Assembly: GCA_963813715.1 (NCBI GenBank)
Contig: CAWFAK010000008.1
Coordinates: 128,001 to 192,000 of the forward strand
Length of the DNA: 64,000 bases
Direction of reading: 5' to 3'
Origin: an uncultured Planctomycetaceae bacterium
GTDB taxonomy: Bacteria > Planctomycetota > Planctomycetia > Planctomycetales > Planctomycetaceae
In this document: positions 45,496 to 56,602 of the stretch, piece by piece
Layout: every line of letters begins with the position of its first letter
How positions within the stretch are numbered: position 1 is the stretch's first letter
Program-made: the position numbers and the translations under genes
The notes under the pieces: model-generated
Told to the model about the DNA's origin: nothing
Database searches by the model: none
Seen by the model: the letters and a program-made list of their open reading frames with translations, nothing else

Positions 45496-45848
45496 GAAGG
45501 ATCGCCGTCCGCTGATTCTATCGGTCGCGTTCTCAGCGGTCTCACCGCCGTCGCGCACGCATTTCTGTAAGCTTTACAAGCCCGCTGAAAAATCTCCAAA
45601 ATCGGCTTGACGCTTTCGCGGGAATCGTGAGAATGCCGCTCTCTTGATTGCGGTTTCAACGCCGCGATCGAAAGCAACTCCTACAACAGCAACTCCTCAA
45701 CGTTCTGTTGTTCTTCCTCCTCACATCTCGAATTTCGATTTAGACCCGGCCGAAGGTTCTTCGTGCCCCAGGCAGCACGCGCGTGCACCCCGATTTTCGC
45801 ACGCGCACTCTGGCTGCCGGTGCGACTGCGCCCTCGGCGGAGAGCCGT

Positions 45849-47366
45849 ATGACCCCGCGGTTCATGCCACTGCCCCTGCGCGTGCCCGTCAGTCTGCGCA
45901 CGCTCTTGCCCACGGCGAGTTTCGTCGGGTGCGCGGACATCCGCGTGACCGAAGCCACCGAGCAGAGCGGTCAGTGTGGCCCTCACATGCTCTTCGCGGC
46001 AATCCCCGGCACGCATGTCGATGGAGCGGACTTCGTCGACGAGGCAGTCAAGCGGGGAGCCAACAGTCTGCTCGTTCAACGGCCGCTGCCCAACGCTCAC
46101 ATTCCTCAGTGCGTCGTCCCGCACGCTCGCAAGGCCTTCGCGGAACTCTGCTCCGCCCTGGCCGGCTATCCTTCGCGTCACCTGCAGACGGCGGCCGTCA
46201 CCGGGACCAACGGCAAGACGACGGTGACCTGGCTCATCCGTTCGATTTTGGAACGGGCCGGACATCGCACCGGATTGCTGGGCACAATCGAATACCACGA
46301 CGGCGTCCACTCGTCGCCGTCGAAAATGACCACCCCCGACTCGCAGTCGCTGGCCCACTGGCTCTCGTCGATGGTCGCTGCCGAATCGACGCACGCCGTG
46401 CTCGAAGTATCCAGCCACGCCCTCGAGCAGGAGCGGACGGCCGGTACTGAGTTCGACGTCGCGGTTGTCACGAACATTACCCACGATCATTTCGATTACC
46501 ATCACGATCTCGATTCCTACCGGGCGGCCAAGGCCCGATTGCTTTCGCACCTCAAGGCTCAGGCGCTCGTCGTCCTGAATGCCGACGATCAACACAGCTC
46601 GGCCCTGGTTGGCCGCGTCGCGGGAGACGCCCGCGTCGTCACCTACGGACTCGAGCGGCCGGCTCGCGTGTGGGCCACCATTCTCGATGAATCGCTGCGG
46701 GGTTCCCGATTCCTGCTCCGCCGCGCCACCGACTCGATCGAAGTGTCGACGCCGCTCGTCGGCCGACACAATGTGTCCAACTGTCTGGCCGCAGCCGCGG
46801 CAACCGAACGGTTCGGCCTCTCGCTGGCCGAAGTGAAAGCCGGCATCGAAGGGCTGCGCCTGGTTCCCGGCCGGATGGAACGGGTCGACTGCGGACAGCC
46901 GTTCGATGTCTTCGTCGATTATGCCCATACGGACGATGCGCTGCACCGCGCGATCGGCTTCCTGAAACGGCTCTCGCACGGCCGCGTGCTGTGCGTTGCC
47001 GGCGCGGGCGGGGATCGTGATCGGTCCAAGCGTCCGCTGATTGGCCGCGCGTTGAGCGAGGCCGACGTCGCCATCGTCACCAGCGACAATCCTCGCTCCG
47101 AGGACCCCGACCAAATCATTCGCGAGGTCGTTGCCGGCTGTCCGGCGGCGGCCCATGAACCGGTCGTCGAACCCGATCGTGCCGCCGCCATCCGCCGCGC
47201 ACTCGGGTTCGCCGAGCCTGGCGACTGCGTGCTCGTGGCCGGCAAAGGACACGAGCGGGAACAAATCATCGGCAACCGAAGAGTGCCTTTTGTCGACCGC
47301 GACGTGGTGCGGGACGTTCTGGTACGGCGCAAGCCGACCGCCGGCGTCACCGCGGCAATCGTCTAA
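45849..47366 (+). CDS. murE: UDP-MurNAc-tripeptide synthetase (mDAP-type)
   Basis: VTGTNGKTT, LEVSSHAL, HDHFDYH, VDYAHT, DNPR specificity motif, AGKGHE. Confidence 0.95.
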   Translation: MTPRFMPLPLRVPVSLRTLLPTASFVGCADIRVTEATEQSGQCGPHMLFAAIPGTHVDGADFVDEAVKRGANSLLVQRPLPNAHIPQCVVPHARKAFAELCSALAGYPSRHLQTAAVTGTNGKTTVTWLIRSILERAGHRTGLLGTIEYHDGVHSSPSKMTTPDSQSLAHWLSSMVAAESTHAVLEVSSHALEQERTAGTEFDVAVVTNITHDHFDYHHDLDSYRAAKARLLSHLKAQALVVLNADDQHSSALVGRVAGDARVVTYGLERPARVWATILDESLRGSRFLLRRATDSIEVSTPLVGRHNVSNCLAAAAATERFGLSLAEVKAGIEGLRLVPGRMERVDCGQPFDVFVDYAHTDDALHRAIGFLKRLSHGRVLCVAGAGGDRDRSKRPLIGRALSEADVAIVTSDNPRSEDPDQIIREVVAGCPAAAHEPVVEPDRAAAIRRALGFAEPGDCVLVAGKGHEREQIIGNRRVPFVDRDVVRDVLVRRKPTAGVTAAIV

Positions 47367-47477
47367 GCCCAGCGTACAAACCGTTTGAGATTGCGACTCA
47401 TGTTGCCGGAAATGATCACCATTATTTCTCGCTTGTTCGTGCTGCTGGCCCTCGGGCCGGCTGCAGGGCCAACTGGC

Positions 47478-48905
47478 ATGGAACGCGTGACACTCCAAGA
47501 ACTCGAGACCGCGACGGGAGGGCGAGCAATCGCCTGTAACCCGGCGGCCATCGCGTTCGAGCGGGTGACGACTGACTCGCGGACGGCCCGACCCGGTGAC
47601 CTTTTCTGGGCACTGCCAGGCGAACAACACGACGGACACGAATTCGTCGCCGACGCGATGAGCCGCGGGGCGGTGGCTTGCGTGCTTCAAGAAAACAAGA
47701 CGGTTGCCGGCGTGCCGGCGGTCGTCGTCCCCGACGTTCTGCAGGGATTGCAGGACTTTGCCCGATCGCAACGCCAGCGCATGGACGCGCTGGTGATCGG
47801 GGTGACGGGGACGGTCGGCAAGACGACGACTCGTGAAATGCTGCACGCCGCCCTCAGTCCGGCCTTCGCGGGCTGCCGCAGCCGGAAGAATTTCAACAAC
47901 CACATCGGCGTGCCGTTGAGCGTGCTCGACATCGAGTCGAGTCACGAGTTTGCCGTCCTCGAATTGGCCGCCTCGCGACAGGGTGAGATTCGCCAACTGG
48001 CCGAAATCGCTCGACCCGAAGTCGGCGTGCTCACCAGCATCGGCGTGGCGCACCTGGACGGGTTCGGCACCATCGAAACGATTGCCGCGACCAAAGCCGA
48101 GTTGCTCGAGTCGCTTCCGCCGAGCGGATTTGCCGTCATCAACGGCGACGATCCCCGCTGCCTCGCGGTGACCGCTCGAGCCCACTGCCCAGTCATCTCG
48201 GTCGGCGAAGGAACAAATAACACCTTGCGGGCGACCTCCGTCGAAACGGACAGCCGCTCGCTCCGATTTGCAGTCGATGGCACGACATACGGGATTCCGG
48301 CCGTCGGACGGCATCACCTGGTTGCCGGACTGGCCGCGGTTGCGGTCGGACGAGAGCTGGGCGTCAAGCCGCGCGATCTGGCCGAAGGCCTGTCGCGGTT
48401 CGTGCCTGTCCCCGGTCGTTGCGTCGTGAAACAGCGCCGACCGTGGACACTGATTGACGACAGCTACAACGCCAACCCGACCTCGGCCGAGGCGGCCTGT
48501 CGCCTGCTCGCCGACTGGAACGATCACGGACTGAACGATCACGGACGCCGAATTCTGGTCCTGGCCGACATGCTCGAGCTGGGAGCCGAAGCGGCCCACT
48601 GGCACGCCTCCATCGGGGCGTGTGCGGCGAAGCTCGGCCTCAACGGGCTGGTTGCCGTCGGCAGTCACGCCGCCGACCTGCTCGCCGGCGCTCGTCAGGC
48701 GGGCATGCCATCCGAACAACTGGCCCAGTGCGACGAACTTGACGTGGTGGCCGCGGTCCTCGACTGCTGGCTCGAGCCGGGCGACGTCGTGCTGGTCAAA
48801 GGCTCTCGTTCGATGCGGATGGAACGCGTCGTCGAACAACTCGTCTCGCTCTCGAACATTCAGGAGAACATTGCCCCGTGCACCAGCACGAGGGCCTGCG
48901 CATAG
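47478..48905 (+). CDS. murF: UDP-MurNAc-pentapeptide synthetase
   Basis: TDSR, GVTGTVGKTTT, NFNNHIGVP, IDDSYNANP, DMLELG, VLVKGSR. Confidence 0.95.
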   Translation: MERVTLQELETATGGRAIACNPAAIAFERVTTDSRTARPGDLFWALPGEQHDGHEFVADAMSRGAVACVLQENKTVAGVPAVVVPDVLQGLQDFARSQRQRMDALVIGVTGTVGKTTTREMLHAALSPAFAGCRSRKNFNNHIGVPLSVLDIESSHEFAVLELAASRQGEIRQLAEIARPEVGVLTSIGVAHLDGFGTIETIAATKAELLESLPPSGFAVINGDDPRCLAVTARAHCPVISVGEGTNNTLRATSVETDSRSLRFAVDGTTYGIPAVGRHHLVAGLAAVAVGRELGVKPRDLAEGLSRFVPVPGRCVVKQRRPWTLIDDSYNANPTSAEAACRLLADWNDHGLNDHGRRILVLADMLELGAEAAHWHASIGACAAKLGLNGLVAVGSHAADLLAGARQAGMPSEQLAQCDELDVVAAVLDCWLEPGDVVLVKGSRSMRMERVVEQLVSLSNIQENIAPCTSTRACA

Positions 48906-49205
48906 TTTTGAGGTTCTGTTGTGTACGTAGGGTTTGCGGGAATCCGACGTACTGTTCGGCTTCGGCCGGGCGGAAGCATTCAGACAATTGGAACAAGTGA
49001 TTTCTGGGTCAATCACTCCAAGTGTCCGCTTCGCAGCAGAACCTACAGACCGGGCGCCGAGGGTGTACCTCGGCGCCCGGGGATACACCTGTCTCAGTCG
49101 GTTCTTGACTAAGTATGTCGAACTCAAACCTGACCGAATCAGTTGACGGGTGCGGCCGCTTCAAGCGCGCCGATCTGTCGATGTGGCGGTCACGGGCAAA
49201 ACGCG

Positions 49206-50309
49206 ATGCTGGTCTGGCTGGTCAACTGGTTCGCTCCGATGCTGCGGCAAGTCGAGCTGCATTCGGCGGGCGATTCGCGCGTCTTTCTGACGGCGCGAAC
49301 GGCCCTGGCCAGCGTGACGGCCTTTGTGCTGGCGATCGCTTTGGGCCCACTGGCGATCCGCTGGCTTCGCGGCCGGTTCCGGGAACGCATTGCCAGCGCG
49401 TCGAAACGGTTGAACGAAATTCAGGCGGCCAAGCAGTCGACGCCGACCATGGGCGGATTGTTCATCGTCGCCGCGATTGTGATCGGAGCGCTGCTGTTTG
49501 GCGATTTGACGAATCTGTATACGCAACTGGCACTGCTCACGACGGTTTCCTTCGGGGCGCTCGGTGCCTGCGACGACTGGATCAAGCTCAATACGCCGCG
49601 GAACGGCTTGAGCGTACGACAGAAGTTTGCCGTTCAACTTGTGTTGGCTCTGCTGATCGGCTCGATCTTGTACTGGCACCAGCGGACGGTGCCGCACGGA
49701 TTGGAGCTGATCGGACCGTTGGGAGCCGGCAGCCTGTTTCTGGGCGGAGCGTTCATTGTTTGGGCCGTGCTGGTGATCGTGGGGACCTCCAACGCGGTCA
49801 ATCTGACCGACGGTCTCGACGGGCTGGCGGGCGGCTGCACGGTGTTTGCCGGCTCGGCCTTTGTGGCACTGGTCTATCTGGCCGGCCATCGGACGATGTC
49901 GGAGTACCTGGGAATTCCATTCATTTCGGGATGCGGCGAGCTGAGCGTGGTCCTGGGCGCGATGGTCGGGGCGATGCTCGGTTTCCTGTGGTTCAACTGC
50001 TATCCGGCCCAGGTCTTCATGGGAGACACCGGAGCCTTGCCAGTCGGTGCCCTCTTGGCACTGGCGGCCCTCGCCTCGCGGCAGGAAGCCCTGCTGGTGA
50101 TCGTGGGCGGCATTTTTGTGATCGAAACAGTGAGCGTTCTGCTGCAAGTCGGCTGGTACCGACTGACCGGGAATCGGCTGATCGCCTGCAGCCCACTCCA
50201 CAATCACTATCTGTTTCAGGGTCAACACGAGATCAAAATTGTCGTCCGGTTTTGGATCGGCTCGGCCCTGCTGGCGATCGTCGGCGTGGCCAGTCTCAAG
50301 CTCCGGTAG
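49206..50309 (+). CDS. mraY: phospho-N-acetylmuramoyl-pentapeptide transferase
   Basis: [41 protein letters not shown]. Confidence 0.95.
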   Translation: MLVWLVNWFAPMLRQVELHSAGDSRVFLTARTALASVTAFVLAIALGPLAIRWLRGRFRERIASASKRLNEIQAAKQSTPTMGGLFIVAAIVIGALLFGDLTNLYTQLALLTTVSFGALGACDDWIKLNTPRNGLSVRQKFAVQLVLALLIGSILYWHQRTVPHGLELIGPLGAGSLFLGGAFIVWAVLVIVGTSNAVNLTDGLDGLAGGCTVFAGSAFVALVYLAGHRTMSEYLGIPFISGCGELSVVLGAMVGAMLGFLWFNCYPAQVFMGDTGALPVGALLALAALASRQEALLVIVGGIFVIETVSVLLQVGWYRLTGNRLIACSPLHNHYLFQGQHEIKIVVRFWIGSALLAIVGVASLKLR

Positions 50310-50402
50310 ACCACCAACTTGTGAGCAAAGGTCCGACTGCCCGGCCGCAATCAACAGGAAATAAAAGCGTCTAGCAGGTTTCGTTAGGGAGAGAGGGATT
50401 CC

Positions 50403-50444
50403 GGAAGCCGGTTCGACCGACTCAGGTCGGTTGAACCGGCTTCC
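50403..50444. terminator. long hairpin downstream of mraY
   Basis: GGAAGCCGGTTCGACCGAC-TCAG-GTCGGTTGAACCGGCTTCC: 19-bp stem with one G-T pair and only a weak U tract. Confidence 0.55.
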
Positions 50445-51023
50445 ACCCTTTCGAAGCCGGCCTTAGTGAGGCGTGGATTTCGGGGAACGCGGAAACATTT
50501 GCTTATCCGTCACCTCCCGTATCAATTCCGGGAAAAAGGGAAACTTGGCAAGCAAAATGCTTCCTTCGAGGTTGCCGCACCTGTACCATGGCTCGCTACG
50601 GTCCAAAATCGACCTGCACAGGGATCGTCAACAGGTGCGAAGTGGAGCTCTCGAGAATGAAATCCGTCAGCCCCTGGTTTCAGACCGCACAACTCTTGAA
50701 TGGAATTCGCAAGACCGTTTCGGAGATTGAGGCCAACCGCTCAGTCCCGGCGGATCGCAACGTTCGGCCGGCCGATTCTGCGATTTTGCAGCGTGTCGAC
50801 GAGAAAAAGCCGAACTAACGCTCGATTTCGCATCCCGCATTGATTTTCCACCCGGGAAGTCTCGGCCTCCGCGAAATGTGACCTGGGCGGTTTCCGCCAG
50901 GAAAGCTATCCTTCCGCGCGTGCTTTTTGTCGCGGGAGCGACCTGCCGCTGAGGCGCCCTAAACCCGCTGGCTGCCGGCCGCCCACCCCGTTTCTGCTCG
51001 CGCTCAAGCTCCAGGTACGCGCC

Positions 51024-51776
51024 ATGGCGGGCCGATCCTCAGCCGCGCTTTCGGGCAAATTTGCCCACATCCCCTCCACATCCGAGACGCCGCCGGCCCG
51101 AACCGACGCCGCCAACTCGACCGCTTTAAAAAAGGAACGGAGCCGCTCTGGGCGGCGAAGGGTCGCTTGGATTGTTGGGCTGACGGCCGTCGCCATTCTC
51201 GTAGGCGCCGTTTCGCTTTGGTTCTTGGTACTCCGAGACCGGCTGATTCCTAAGCGATTCGGCGAGGTTGTGCCGAACAGGGTGTTTCGGAGCGGCCAAA
51301 TCTCGCGACATCTGATCGCGGACGTTGTCGATCGCCATCAGATCGGCACCATCATCGATCTCAACGGCCTCGACCCGTCCGATGCCGACCAGCGAGCCGA
51401 AGTTGAGGTCTCCGAAGCCAGAGGGGTCCACCTCCTCCGCTTTCCGTTGCGGGGCGACGCGACCGGGCCAATCGACCGCTATGCGGGCGCCGTGCAAGCG
51501 ATGGCTAATTCCGAGCAGCAGGGTCGTGCCGTCCTCGTCCATTGTTCCGCCGGCTCGCAACGAACGGGGGCCTGCGTGAGCTTCTACCGCCTGCTCGTCC
51601 GCCACGATCCGCCCGAAGACGTGTACCGCGAGCTTGTCGCGTACGGCTGGAACCCGCGGACGAACCAGGTCCTGCTCAACTACGTCAACGGCCACATGCA
51701 CGAGCTGGCGCAGATGCTGGTCGAGCGACACGTCCTCGATCACGAGCCGACGCCGCTTCCCACGCTCCACCCGTAA
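51024..51776 (+). CDS. membrane-anchored tyrosine/dual-specificity phosphatase family protein
   Basis: VFRSGQ, TIIDL, catalytic VHCSAGSQRT (CX5R). Confidence 0.85.
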   Translation: MAGRSSAALSGKFAHIPSTSETPPARTDAANSTALKKERSRSGRRRVAWIVGLTAVAILVGAVSLWFLVLRDRLIPKRFGEVVPNRVFRSGQISRHLIADVVDRHQIGTIIDLNGLDPSDADQRAEVEVSEARGVHLLRFPLRGDATGPIDRYAGAVQAMANSEQQGRAVLVHCSAGSQRTGACVSFYRLLVRHDPPEDVYRELVAYGWNPRTNQVLLNYVNGHMHELAQMLVERHVLDHEPTPLPTLHP

Positions 51777-51809
51777 GCACCGACTCTCGCGAGGCCGCGC
51801 CACAGACGC

Positions 51810-52154
51810 AGGCTAGAACTTCGAGAGAAGCCTGCGCGTTTTACGAGGCGCTCGGGTTCCAAAAACTCCTCGACGGCGACGTGGCCATTTTTGCCGTCGG
51901 CCGGACGTCCTTCATACTGCAAAGACGTTTCGAGCAGCAGTGGGCCGAGAACTGCATGATGCAGCTGATGGTCGACGACCTGGACGCCTGGTGGGCGCAC
52001 CTCGAAAGTCTCGACCTGCCGAATGCGTTCGGCATCAAGCTGCTGCGTCCACCGGCGAAGCAGCCCTGGGGACTGCGCGTTGCCTACGTCGCCGACCCCT
52101 CGGGGAGTCCTCTGGCACATCGCCGAGCGGCGCGAGAATCATCCCGCCGATTGA
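51810..52154 (+). pseudogene. VOC/glyoxalase family gene lacking a clear start (5'-truncated, 3' frameshift)
   Basis: FYEALGF, MQLMVDDLDAWW, QPWGLRVAYVADPSG-(fs)-VLWHIA; no in-frame start after the phosphatase stop. Confidence 0.65.
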
Positions 52155-52429
52155 GTGCCGCGGACAGCTCTTGACCGACGCCGGGTCGTGGGTGCGTCTA
52201 CCGCGAGACATCAGGCGCGGGTGGCTGGGGTCAAGCCGCCAGGTGCGCCCCCAGTTCGGTTGCAGCACTGTCCCAATCAATCCCGTCCCGAGTCCCGTCC
52301 CGCCGTTCGAGTCCCGTGTTGCGAGTGGTTCCCGTCCCTGGCAAGAGAATCTGTGAGAGCCCGCGTTCCTTCGGGCTGAAACCCGGGGCCGTTGTCGGAC
52401 GCCTGTCTCGATCGCTGCGGGGCCGACTG

Positions 52430-52860
52430 GCCCGCGCGGCGGGACTACTTTTCCGTCTCCCCTTATATCAGTTCACGGAGTCCCGTCCCGCCGGGACCAC
52501 TTTTCGGAGTTCCGCCGGGACCACTTGTCCCACCGTTCCCAGACGGGTGGCTGGGTCAGCGTCTGCGCCAACGGGCCTGAGTGCCGGGTGCCACTGGCGG
52601 GGGCTTTGGCCCGCCAGTGTCTTCCCTCAAAATCGAGGCCGGTGCCCACGTTCTGAAACGCTGCCAATTGGGTGCATCGCTTCTCAAAGCCGCCGCTAGC
52701 GGCACCAATGCCTCGTCGGCTGCTGGGGGGAACTTTCCCTCCCTTAGTGAAAACGGATCCCCACCACCAGCAAGGACCCTTTTTTCGTTTCCAGCGAAGA
52801 TCTTTTCCCCATTGCGCGGCCTGTGGTCAACTTTCTGTGTGGTCAACTACCTTGTGAAAG
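52430..52860. repeat. modular non-coding repeat, copy B, left part (inverted relative to copy A)
   Basis: Matches the reverse complement of 18320-18613, e.g. CCCCTTATATCA.TTCA.GGAGTCCCGTC and CCACTTGTCCCACCGTTCC, with an extra ~130-bp internal segment. Confidence 0.9.
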
Positions 52861-52868
52861 GAATGGCA

Positions 52869-54260
52869 CTAGGTTAAGGAGTCGCCTCCGAATTCAGCCG
52901 ACGGTGGCACCGATTCCGGTGGACCTTCAAGTAGATCGTTCCAAGCCGGACGCCGTTTCTTCTTTCGTGGTTCCTGCCGCCCCGGACGATTGCCAACGCG
53001 GTGGGCTGCGACGGTCGTCAGGAAAGCAGAGTACAACGCCTCGCTTCCGCTTGCAGCCATCATCGCGGGCGTGAACGATTCGACGGCCTGCATCGCGCCC
53101 TTCACGCTCAACTGTCGCGGGGTGGTCCCGGTTCGCTTCGCCGACTCCGTCATTGTTCCGCGAAGTAAATTGTAGGCAAGCAAGTGGGCGAAGATTTCCT
53201 TCGTCACCATGTCGGGATTCTTGCAGCGGAGCACGTCGAGGTGCATCGACTGCTTGAGCGAACGCAGGTCTAGTTCACAATTCCACCGACGCCAGTACAG
53301 GTCGGATAATTCCTTTTGCGGGATCGACGGGTCGGTAATCGTGCTGATGACGATCGCCTTTTCGGTGCCGCCGCTGCGTCCCTCTATGTCTATCATGAAT
53401 TCGCGGACCAGCACCGTCTCCGGCATCTGAGTCGAAGGCCTCGCGGTCTGCCTTGTGATGGCATCGCGGCTTGTGCCATTCGACGATATGGTCATTCTCC
53501 CCAAGCCGAAATCCCTCGCTGAAATCGACCGTGCGGTTGCTGGTGGCTGACAGACACCATGTCGATGCCCCGCTGAGCGAGAGCGGCGACCGTGGAATAC
53601 GACGGATAGAAGCGATCGGCTACAAGAATGTTGCCCCGCTGCATCGTGTCGAGCATGCCGCGGAGAAGAGCCCCCTCGCCGGTCCCTTTGCCTTCGTGTG
53701 CTGCGAAAGCGAAATCGACGACCGCCCCCGTCGGCCAGACGAAATCATCGCCACGGCCCGCATGACCGGAAACCCGACGCCCTTTGCGTTGATGGACTTC
53801 GACTCTGTGGGAACGCCAATTGATTCTCAGGCGTGTCGGGCATCGAGAGGCCCGTGCCGTCAACCAGGAACACCTCCCGATCCCGCCAGTGCCACGAATC
53901 GTCGGCGGAGTCATGGACGTTGCGGCCGATCTCTTTCGCCAGCCGAACCATGACCGGCAACGGGAAGCGACTGCGGGCATCGCTGTAGCTGGCAGACGAT
54001 GCCGAGCAAGCGGGCAGGCCAGTTGCAACACGGTGGGCAAGGATGCGGGACACCGCCTCATTCAGCGATTTGTCCTGAGAGAGGCACTGTGACAGCCAAG
54101 CCCAAAGTGTGACCAGCGGGCAAAAGACACGCTGGCGATATTCGTGGCCCTCAGCCTCAAGCGATCGCAGGACGTGCTCGCGAGTCAGGATACGCCCGAA
54201 TGGCAAGCCGCTGTCGTTGGCGAATTTATCCCTGACGACGCCGAAGTCTTTGCGGGGCAT
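52869..54260 (-). CDS. IS4-family DDE transposase (several frameshifts)
   Basis: N-terminal RQRVFCPLVTLWAWLSQCL...SYSDARSR; LVDGT; VADRFY; Y(2)R(3)E(6)K signature YWRRWNCELDLRSLK. The stop codon lies inside the TIR. Confidence 0.9.
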
Positions 54261-54442
54261 TGTGGGTCCGCTTTCCCGTCGATGGGGCGAACCGCGTAGA
54301 ATCGTAGCTTGTCAGGGCTGGATTCTGGCGATTCGCCTGGTTTCTGTGTTCTCGCCCCGGTTGGATTGGCGTCCTTCCGGGGTTTTCTATTTCGCTCGAT
54401 TTATTGTACGGACAACAATTAGGTCATGCAAGGGAAAAGCGG

Positions 54443-54471
54443 TTGACACGCCGATTTTTTGTCCGTATTAT
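54443..54471 (+). promoter_or_regulatory. sigma70-type promoter with overlapping operator-like repeats
   Basis: TTGACA-17 nt-TATTAT. Related motifs TTGTACGGACAA (54404), TTGTCCGTA (54459) and TTGTACGGA (54471). Confidence 0.7.
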
Positions 54472-54478
54472 TGTACGG

Positions 54479-54667
54479 ATGAAAAAGAAGCGGGGGCGAC
54501 CACCCCTGCCGGAGAATCGGCGCAAGGGGGAGCGGATAGAGTTTCGGGCCGAGCCAAACGAGCGGGAAGCTTATGAGGCTGCCGCAAAGGCCGCGGGCCT
54601 GGAGCGCTCAGAATGGATGCGTGACCGACTTAATGCGGCCGTTCGCCGAGAATCAAAGAAGCCCTGA
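54479..54667 (+). CDS. ribbon-helix-helix-like DNA-binding protein (62 aa), probably leaderless
   Basis: MKKKRGRPP...RIEFRAEPNEREAYEAAAKAAGLERSEWMRDRL; the ATG is 7 nt after the -10 box. Confidence 0.75.
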   Translation: MKKKRGRPPLPENRRKGERIEFRAEPNEREAYEAAAKAAGLERSEWMRDRLNAAVRRESKKP

Positions 54668-55089
54668 ACGGCACTATCGGGAATCCACTTTCTTGTAGTA
54701 GGATCAACAGAATGGACGTGTCGGGAGTTGGACCCGAAACCGAATGCTTATAAGGCGACGGTCCCACCTGGCACGCCCGAGGACGGCGAATTGGAGGAGA
54801 CGGGGTACGATCCCGTAACCGCGGATTTAAAGTCCGTTGCTTTGCCGATTAAGCTACTCCCCCCTTTGCCGTTGCTCATCCACCCCGGACCAGCGGGTAC
54901 GATCCGCTGGTCCGGGGGGATTGACAAACTGAGCACTGGGCAAAGTCTTCCCAGACAACCCAAAGCACCTAGGATCTTATAGGCACTTCGCAAATCTTTG
55001 CCAGCAAAGGACTTCCAATCACCTTGCCGACAACGGTATCATGATACCGTTATTTACTGGTCGGTCAATACCGGAATTTTCCGGAGGGG

Positions 55090-56548
55090 GTGATCGGAGT
55101 GGACTTTCAGCCGCTAATCGCGCCGTACTCGCCTTGGCGCCAGCCGGAAAGCGAACGGATCTGGGACACCGAAGTGCCCAAATTCCGCCGGCCAATTTTT
55201 TCGCAGCTCAAAGAGGATCTGCAGTCAATCGAGCAAATCGTGTCGATCACCGGACCGCGACGCGTCGGAAAATCGACCCTGTTGCGCCAGCTGATTCAGT
55301 ACCTGCTCGCGGAAAAGCAGGTGGATCCGTCGCAGATCATCTACTACCAGTTCGATGATCCGGCCCTGTTCCGGAAGGGGGTGAACGGCGGGGATTTGCT
55401 CGAAAGCATGATGGAGCACCTGTGTCGAGCCAAGGCCCGCCCTGCCTATCTGTTTCTCGACGAAATCCAGACGCTGGACCGTTGGGAGCTTTATCTCAAG
55501 AAATTCTACGACCTGAAGTATCCGGTCCGCATGGTCGTGTCTGGCTCCGCGTCCAGCCCGATCTTCAAGAAGAGCCGCGAGAGCCTTCTGGGCCGAGTGA
55601 AGGATTATCGCGTACTGCCGTTCTCGTTCAGGGAATATTTGCTCCATGAACTGGAACCGTCGAGCCCGGCAATCTTGGAAGAAATGAAGGGCATCTATGA
55701 GGCTGGCGAAACCTTAAAGGGAATGTTGGTCCGGCATCCTGAGCACATCGACAGGCCATCGGCCCAAGTCCCCAGAATGTCCGAAGACCTGTGGCACCGA
55801 TCACAGGAGGCCCTGAAAACCTATTTGGTTGACGGAGGCTTTCCTGAAGTGTCAGCGCTTCAGACTAGCGACAAAAAGATTGAATACCTCTTTGAGAACC
55901 AGGTTAAAAAGGTCATTTTTGAAGACCTCGTTCTCGCAACCGAGTTTAGGAAGCCCGAACAGCTCAAAACGTTCTACGTGTCCCTTCTCGAAAAACCCGG
56001 ACAAGAGGTGAATCTAACATCACTGTCTCAGGACATTGGCGTCAATGTGCAGCAAATTGAGAAATACTTGCCCTTGCTCGAAATGACCGATCTGATCGGC
56101 CATGCGAGCAAATTTCGGCGATCGCCCATGCGTGTCCGGCAGGGCAACAGAAAGTACTATCTGACGGACTTGGCGCTCGAGAAACGCCGTCTTACGGATC
56201 GGACCGGAACTGCTGGAGAGCGACGAAATTCTCTCGATGTACGCCGAAAACCTCGTTTTTAATGCCCTGAAGAAATGGGTTGGGCCCATCGAAGTGGACT
56301 ATTATCGAGAGAACCAATACGAAGTCGACTTCATCGCTCACACGCGGATTTCGCTCTACTTCCCGATCGAAGTCAAATACCGCCGCTCTTGGGACAGGCG
56401 CGACCTAAAGGGCCTTCAGCACTTCAGGACTAGGAACCCATGCCACATGCCCTTTGTCGTGACACGAGATCACGACGATTTTGGATTCGAGGAAGATTCA
56501 AAAGTCGTTCGCGTTCCGCTGCTCTTGTTTCTTCTGATGTTCGACTGA
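55090..56548 (+). CDS. AAA+ ATPase (AAA_14/DUF4143-like) with C-terminal PD-(D/E)XK-like domain (frameshift ~56180)
   Basis: Walker A GPRRVGKST, Walker B FLDEIQ, SGSAS, ESLLGR, GGFPE, KYYLTD, then EVDFI...PIEVKY. Confidence 0.88.
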
Positions 56549-56602
56549 TTCACGCATGAACGCCCCCAATAATGGAGGCGACTCCTTAACCTAGTGCCAT
56601 TC

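Larger units (their letters stand above)
52861..56602 (-). mobile_element. IS4-family element carrying passenger genes (transporter IS), 3742 bp
   Basis: Perfect 29-bp TIRs GAATGGCACTAGGTTAAGGAGTCGCCTCC (52861-52889; reverse complement at 56574-56602). Flanking 11-bp duplication CCTTGTGAAAG (52850-52860, 56603-56613). Empty site at 18311-18339. Confidence 0.92.

Noticed and set aside
45681..49127. 1148-aa minus-strand ORF and other long antisense ORFs
   Set aside because: Shadow ORFs of murE/murF and other real genes caused by high-GC codon bias; no motifs.
54728..54993. Small ORFs between the RHH and ATPase genes inside the IS
   Set aside because: Overlapping ORFs on both strands with no motif or clear RBS; coding status unsupported.
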